64,000 bases of DNA from Dehalococcoidia bacterium. Lineage in GTDB: Bacteria; Chloroflexota; Dehalococcoidia; Lucifugimonadales; UBA3495. Positions 59,519-64,000 of this stretch are shown one piece after another. Both the position numbers and the translations under genes were made by a program. Position 1 is the first letter of the stretch; each line of letters begins with the position of its first letter. The notes under the pieces were generated by a model. The model ran no database searches. It had not been told where the DNA came from and worked only from the letters and a program-made list of their open reading frames with translations. Where the stretch lies: positions 18,908-82,907 of the forward strand of contig JASLXV010000023.1 of NCBI GenBank assembly GCA_030740155.1, given 5' to 3'.

Positions 59519-61108
59519 CTATTTCCCCCCTTGCGCCTGGTATTTGTCGCCCAAGGCAGTCTCCCAGCGGAGGTAGTGCATCATCTCCGCGGGGTTGCGG
59601 TCCACGCCGAGAATCACCACGTCCGTCGGCGAGGTCATCACGCCGGCCAATCCGTTTTCCACCGGTAGGCCCTCCCGCCGCCAGGCTTGCATCCCTCCCT
59701 CCAGCACCGAAACGTCCCGGTAGCCCAGCTCTTTCAGGGTGGCGCCGGCTAGGGTTGAGGCCCGGCCGTCGCTGCAGATGACGCCGATGGCGGCCTCCTT
59801 GGTTGGGGCGACATCACCAACTTGTAACTCGAGGGAGCCCCGTGGCACCCAACGGGCGCCGGCCACGTGCCCCTGGGCGAAGTCCTGGCTGGTATCGACG
59901 AAAATGACCACCGGCGGCGGGTTCTGGTAAAACTCCCGGGGGGACAGGAAACCCATACTGGAACGGGCTTCGGCCAGCCCGTGGGGAGCCTCTCCCGGCA
60001 TCCCGTTCTCCAGGGCCAGGCCGGCGGCGGTCCAGGCGGCGGTGCCGCCGTCCACCGCGTAGGCCTCCTGAATTTCCAACTGCCGGTACCAGGAGGCGGC
60101 GTAGGTGGCCCGGGCCTTGCCGTCGCAGGCAAACACCACGGTGCTGTTATGTACCACCGCCAGTTCGTCGGACCTCTGCAATGCCTGGCCTCCGGGGAAC
60201 CATTGGAAGCCAGGGATGTGCCCCGCCTCGTACTCTTCTCTGGTCCGAACGTCGATCAGGTAGACGGTCTCCCGGTCCCGCCTGCCCAGCGTAGCCTGGA
60301 GCGCCGGAATGTCGAGATAACGCACGCCATCTTCGGCGGCCAGCCGGGCCGCGTAGGTCTCGGCGGCGGCCAGACCCTCGGGTGAGGCCTCCGGCAGCCG
60401 GACCCGGTCGGCGCCCCGCTCCACTTCATAACCGGCCAGCACCCAGCCTGAGGTGCCGTTCTTCAAGCCCTGGATGTTGGAGAGCCCCATCCGCTGTAGC
60501 ACCCTGGTGCCGACGATGCTGCGGGTGCGGCCGGCGCAGTTAACGATCACCGTCGTGTCGGGGTCCAGGTCCTTGACGATGTCGGTGATTCGCAAGGCCA
60601 GCTCCCCGCCGGGCACGCTACGGCCGCCGGGAATGCAGAAGCGCTGGTACTCCTCGGGGGTCCTGGTGTCCAGGATGACCAGCTTGTCGCCCCGTTCGAT
60701 GCGCTGATGAAGGTCCGTGGCCTCGATCTCGGGCACCTGATGCACCACCTCCAACATTTCGCCCAGGTCTTTGCTGGGCACGTTGGTGCCCCACTGGGTG
60801 GGGTAGCCCTGGGTAGTCCACCGGTTGATGCCGCCTTCCAGAATGGAGACCCGCGTGTACCCCATCCGCTCCAGGGTGGCGCCGGCCAACCCGGCCCGGC
60901 GTCCGTCGTCGTCGCAGAGAACCAGGGAAGCTCCCTGGAACGGGACGGCCGCCGGCATCCGGACCTCCAGTTGCCGCCGGGGTATCAGGCTGGAGCCCGG
61001 AATGTGAGAGCTGTTGTACTCGCCTGCCTCCCGGACGTCGATCAAGGCGAACTGGGAGTCGCCGTCGAGCAGGCTTCTGAGGGCTGCCGGGGAAGTCATT
61101 TCGGTCAT
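59519..61108 (-). CDS. Four-domain rhodanese-like sulfurtransferase
   Basis: Repeated DVR/DTR...GHI.G and L.GG...W motifs; active-site CAGRTRS; GAGGAGG RBS. Confidence 0.9.
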   Translation of the reverse strand: MTEMTSPAALRSLLDGDSQFALIDVREAGEYNSSHIPGSSLIPRRQLEVRMPAAVPFQGASLVLCDDDGRRAGLAGATLERMGYTRVSILEGGINRWTTQGYPTQWGTNVPSKDLGEMLEVVHQVPEIEATDLHQRIERGDKLVILDTRTPEEYQRFCIPGGRSVPGGELALRITDIVKDLDPDTTVIVNCAGRTRSIVGTRVLQRMGLSNIQGLKNGTSGWVLAGYEVERGADRVRLPEASPEGLAAAETYAARLAAEDGVRYLDIPALQATLGRRDRETVYLIDVRTREEYEAGHIPGFQWFPGGQALQRSDELAVVHNSTVVFACDGKARATYAASWYRQLEIQEAYAVDGGTAAWTAAGLALENGMPGEAPHGLAEARSSMGFLSPREFYQNPPPVVIFVDTSQDFAQGHVAGARWVPRGSLELQVGDVAPTKEAAIGVICSDGRASTLAGATLKELGYRDVSVLEGGMQAWRREGLPVENGLAGVMTSPTDVVILGVDRNPAEMMHYLRWETALGDKYQAQGGK

Positions 61109-61341
61109 GTCCGGTACCTCCTCGGTTGTATTCTCGATTGTATTCCAGGATGCCTTGCGACCGGCGAGCGCCGCCCGCCTTTGGATCAGGCCGAGGCAAT
61201 TATGGATAGCACCATTTCCGGTGTCAAGGGAGGCCGCTCGACGCACGACGCCCCGCCGATGGAGGCTCCCGGGGGCCGGTAAGGGGGCCGGGGCGGGGTC
61301 TGGGTTCCCTTCTCCGGCGGGCGGATGATAGAATAGACTTG

Positions 61342-61779
61342 GTGCTATCGCGGCTACAACAGTACCTCCACCGGGCAACCGGAGTGCTTCGGGCAGGTCG
61401 TTCCCTGTTCGAAGCGGAGGCCAACCGAGGCCGGCGGAAGCCACGAGTCAAGCGGCCTGCCCCGAGGGCGGTGTCTTCCCCGGCGCCATATTCGCGGAAC
61501 CAGGAGACCCCCGGTTTGGATGACGAGGCTTTCGTTCGACGGATCAGCGAGAAGATTGAACGGCTGTCGGGACGCCAGGTCGAGCTGCGGATCGACGAGC
61601 AGGAAGCCAGTCAATTGCAGTTGGAGCTGAAGCGGGAGATCCCGCTGGTGGTGCTGGGCACCAACGTGATCCGCTACGCCGGTTTCGCCCGAATGTGCAT
61701 TGAATACGCCGCGGCATCCATCCAGGAGGAGCGGCCCATCGATATGCTGGAGTTCCACCTGCTGCTGGCGCGTAACTAG
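61342..61779 (+). CDS. Hypothetical protein
   Basis: Coding-like ORF directly after TGaTAGAAT (61326-61334). Confidence 0.6.
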   Translation: MLSRLQQYLHRATGVLRAGRSLFEAEANRGRRKPRVKRPAPRAVSSPAPYSRNQETPGLDDEAFVRRISEKIERLSGRQVELRIDEQEASQLQLELKREIPLVVLGTNVIRYAGFARMCIEYAAASIQEERPIDMLEFHLLLARN

Positions 61780-61797
61780 CGCCTCGCCACCGGGCTA

Positions 61798-62262
61798 ATG
61801 ACACAAGGGCCGCCATCATCCCCTGAAATGCGCCGTCCCTGGTTCTACCAGAACTGGTTCCTTATCGGCGCGTTCATTCTGGGCTGGCCGATTGCTCCCC
61901 AGTTCGTCCTTTGGCCCGTGGGGGCTATCCTGGTGATCCGTTCCCCCTGGCATCAGGGTATGCCCATCAGAGTCCTTGCTTGGACGATGTTGCTCACCGG
62001 GGGGGGAATGTTGGGATGGCGGCTCCAGAACGCGCCCAGCCCGGTCACGGTTGCCGTCATGGTGATACCCGGCTTGTTCCTGACCGTGGTGACTCAGGCA
62101 TTGTGGGTCCGTTACCGGGCGGACCTCCTGGCGGAGGGTAGACGGTCAACTACAACGGCGGCCTCGGAAGAGGTTCCGCTAGCTGCATCCAGCCGGGCCC
62201 GGTCCCGCCGCCGGGTACGTCGCAGGCGCGGCGCCGGACGCACCCCGCGCCGGCCTTCATGA
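61798..62262 (+). CDS. Hypothetical membrane protein with Arg-rich tail
   Basis: RPWFYQNWF followed by 3-4 TM segments. Confidence 0.6.
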   Translation: MTQGPPSSPEMRRPWFYQNWFLIGAFILGWPIAPQFVLWPVGAILVIRSPWHQGMPIRVLAWTMLLTGGGMLGWRLQNAPSPVTVAVMVIPGLFLTVVTQALWVRYRADLLAEGRRSTTTAASEEVPLAASSRARSRRRVRRRRGAGRTPRRPS

Positions 62263-62345
62263 TGCCGCCGGCCCTTTTCTTGTCTTCCTTCAACAAAGGC
62301 GCCAAAGGTGCTGGTTCACACCGGTGACGGTGAGAATTTCAGGCA

Positions 62346-62500
62346 GGGCCCCCGGTAGGTGTCAAGGAGAACCCGCCCGAGGCGGGAAGAGGACCTGGGT
62401 CTGCTTGGGACCCCACTTCCTTCCAGACTCTTTGCGGAGCTTGCGCCGAGTCTGGTCGAGGGGTGCAGCAAACGAGTGACAATCGGGGTCGAACCGGCCC
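62346..62500 (+). ncRNA. Structured intergenic RNA candidate (rod with central bubble; 6S-like or cis-regulatory leader)
   Basis: Nested helices found by eye: 62347-64 with 62477-90, 62401-14 with 62460-68, 62423-30 with 62448-55. Confidence 0.45.
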
Positions 62501-62516
62501 CGGCAACCGATCTCTT

Positions 62517-62558
62517 ATCTGGTATCCGGCCCGGTCCAGGCTGAATGCCAGATTTTTT
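62517..62558 (+). terminator. Intrinsic terminator
   Basis: ATCTGGTATCCGGCC...GGCTGAATGCCAGAT with a T6 tail. Confidence 0.7.
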
Positions 62559-62697
62559 CTTACAGGCTTGTCAGCGGATTGGCGATCGGTTTAAAGGCGG
62601 GCTTTGTTGGACGACCAGTCCATTGTGAAAAACGCGGCGCCCGGCAGGCCGGTGGTTTCATCAGAATATACCGGAGAATATATGGGGGTAAAGATAG

Positions 62698-63408
62698 ATG
62701 GCTCAACAGGAAGAACCGTTTCGGCGCGGGATGGTCGTGGTGGCCCACGCCGATGATGCCGAGTGGGGTTGTTCAGGTACGGTGGCCAAATGGTGTGCCG
62801 AAGGGTGGGAAGTCGTCCACGTCTTGTGCACCGATGGCAGCAAGGGGAGTGACGACCCAGGGATGACCAGTGGCAGGCTGGTCGAAATTCGCCAGGAGGA
62901 ACAGCGGAACGCTGGAAAGGTGCTGGGTCTGCACGACGTGGTGTTCCTGGGGTACGAGGATTCGATGCTTGAACCCACCCTCGATCTGCGCCGCGATATC
63001 GTACGGGCGATCCGCCGCCACAAGCCCGACGTGCTGATTTGCATGAGTCCATTGCGGCGCCTGAGCGGCGACGATTACCTGGGCCATCCGGACCACTACG
63101 CCTCCGGAGAGGCGGCCCTGTCCGCCGTTTTTCCTTCGGCCCGGGACCGGCTGACCTTCCCGGAGTTGCTCGAAGAAGGGCTGGAGCCCCACAAGGTCCG
63201 GGAGGTGTGGGTTATGGGCCACCCGGACCCGAACAACTACGTCGACGTGGCCGGCTACATGGACATCGCGATCAAGTCGCTGCAACAGCACCAGAGCCAG
63301 GTCCCCGGCGAGAATGCGGAGAACCACATGAGGAGCTGGCGAAGCCGGACCGGCGAGAAGGTGGGTTTCCAGTACGCCGAGGCATTCAAGCGCTTCCGGC
63401 TGGGCTGA
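62698..63408 (+). CDS. PIG-L/LmbE family deacetylase
   Basis: AHADDAE, TDGSKG, R.EE, HPDH and H.SQ motifs. Confidence 0.9.
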   Translation: MAQQEEPFRRGMVVVAHADDAEWGCSGTVAKWCAEGWEVVHVLCTDGSKGSDDPGMTSGRLVEIRQEEQRNAGKVLGLHDVVFLGYEDSMLEPTLDLRRDIVRAIRRHKPDVLICMSPLRRLSGDDYLGHPDHYASGEAALSAVFPSARDRLTFPELLEEGLEPHKVREVWVMGHPDPNNYVDVAGYMDIAIKSLQQHQSQVPGENAENHMRSWRSRTGEKVGFQYAEAFKRFRLG

Positions 63409-63457
63409 CCTCAGGTCTGGACTCATTGGAATTGGCTCAAACCGGTCACGAAATATT

Positions 63458-63527
63458 GCCACAGAGACACAGAGAACACAGAGACGTTAAATCAAGAAAG
63501 ACTCTGTGACCTCTGTGCCTCCGTGGC
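63458..63527. repeat. CACAGAG/CTCTGTG palindromic repeat family D
   Basis: GCCACAGAGACACAGAG...CTCTGTGACCTCTGTGCCTCCGTGGC. Confidence 0.7.
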
Positions 63528-63569
63528 TAACCCCGGGTCTACCAGCTGCAACCAGCCACGCAGCCGGAC

Positions 63570-64000
63570 CTAGGCCGGTTTCTTGGCCACCACCTTGACG
63601 CTGGACACGTTCAGGGGGGAACCGTCTCCCTTATCGAACCGGACCTGCTCGTCGGTGATCTCGATGTCGACGAACCCGGCGCCGCGCAACCGCCCCAGGT
63701 AGACTTCCCGGTCCTCGGCGCCGGCGATGCATGAGGCCCAGGCTTCCGGATCGGTGCGGCTGGGTCCATCGCTGCTGAGGGCCATGACATCCGACAGGTG
63801 CAGCCGGCCGCCGGGGGACAGCACGCGGAAGGACTCGCCGAAAACCGCGTCCTTGTCGGGGGAAAGGCAGACCACGCAGTTGGAGATGATCACGTCGACG
63901 CTGCCGTCGGGCAGGGGCATGTCCTCCATCTCGCCTTTGACGAACTCCACGTTGGTCAACCCCAGGTTGGACTGGTTATGGCGGGCCAGATTCAGCATGT
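63570..64000 (-). CDS. arsM: Arsenite methyltransferase-like SAM-dependent methyltransferase (C-terminal part)
   Basis: VDVIISNCV..LSPDK..VF.E..RVL.PGGRL..SD and W..CIAGA motifs. Confidence 0.75.
   Translation of the reverse strand, partial: MLNLARHNQSNLGLTNVEFVKGEMEDMPLPDGSVDVIISNCVVCLSPDKDAVFGESFRVLSPGGRLHLSDVMALSSDGPSRTDPEAWASCIAGAEDREVYLGRLRGAGFVDIEITDEQVRFDKGDGSPLNVSSVKVVAKKPA

Noticed and set aside
62295-62350. Glycine riboswitch-like words (CGCCAAAGGTGC, AATTTCAGG)
   Set aside because: No upstream GGAGA P1/P2 element and the helices could not be built; the downstream gene is unrelated to glycine.

Overview
GC-rich bacterial chromosome segment, most consistent with Chloroflexota (Dehalococcoidia/SAR202-like). 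This is inferred from npdG, several family III CoA-transferases and crotonases, a TAT-less RdhA homologue and a GTAC-N4-GTTC SOS-type box. Housekeeping genes (rsmI, argF, der-plsY-gpsA, ispH, thrC, prs, selB, hemW, phoU) alternate with catabolic paralogues and several families of REP-like palindromic repeats. The main finding is absent from the ORF track: a 32-aa, 11-Cys leader peptide (MCSQVDRNPGCCCTCCTCCTCCILRVRSFACK, 37198-37296, minus strand) upstream of cysK-cysE. It has its own sigma70 promoter and RBS, an antiterminator and an overlapping intrinsic terminator, i.e. a complete candidate cysteine-sensing transcription attenuator. Other points of interest are an orphan reductive dehalogenase beside a catabolic cluster, a radical SAM/SPASM-twitch gene followed by two Aur1/IPT-like phosphotransferases, and a structured intergenic RNA candidate at about 62.35-62.56 kb. 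All calls are from motif reading only; no searches were run.
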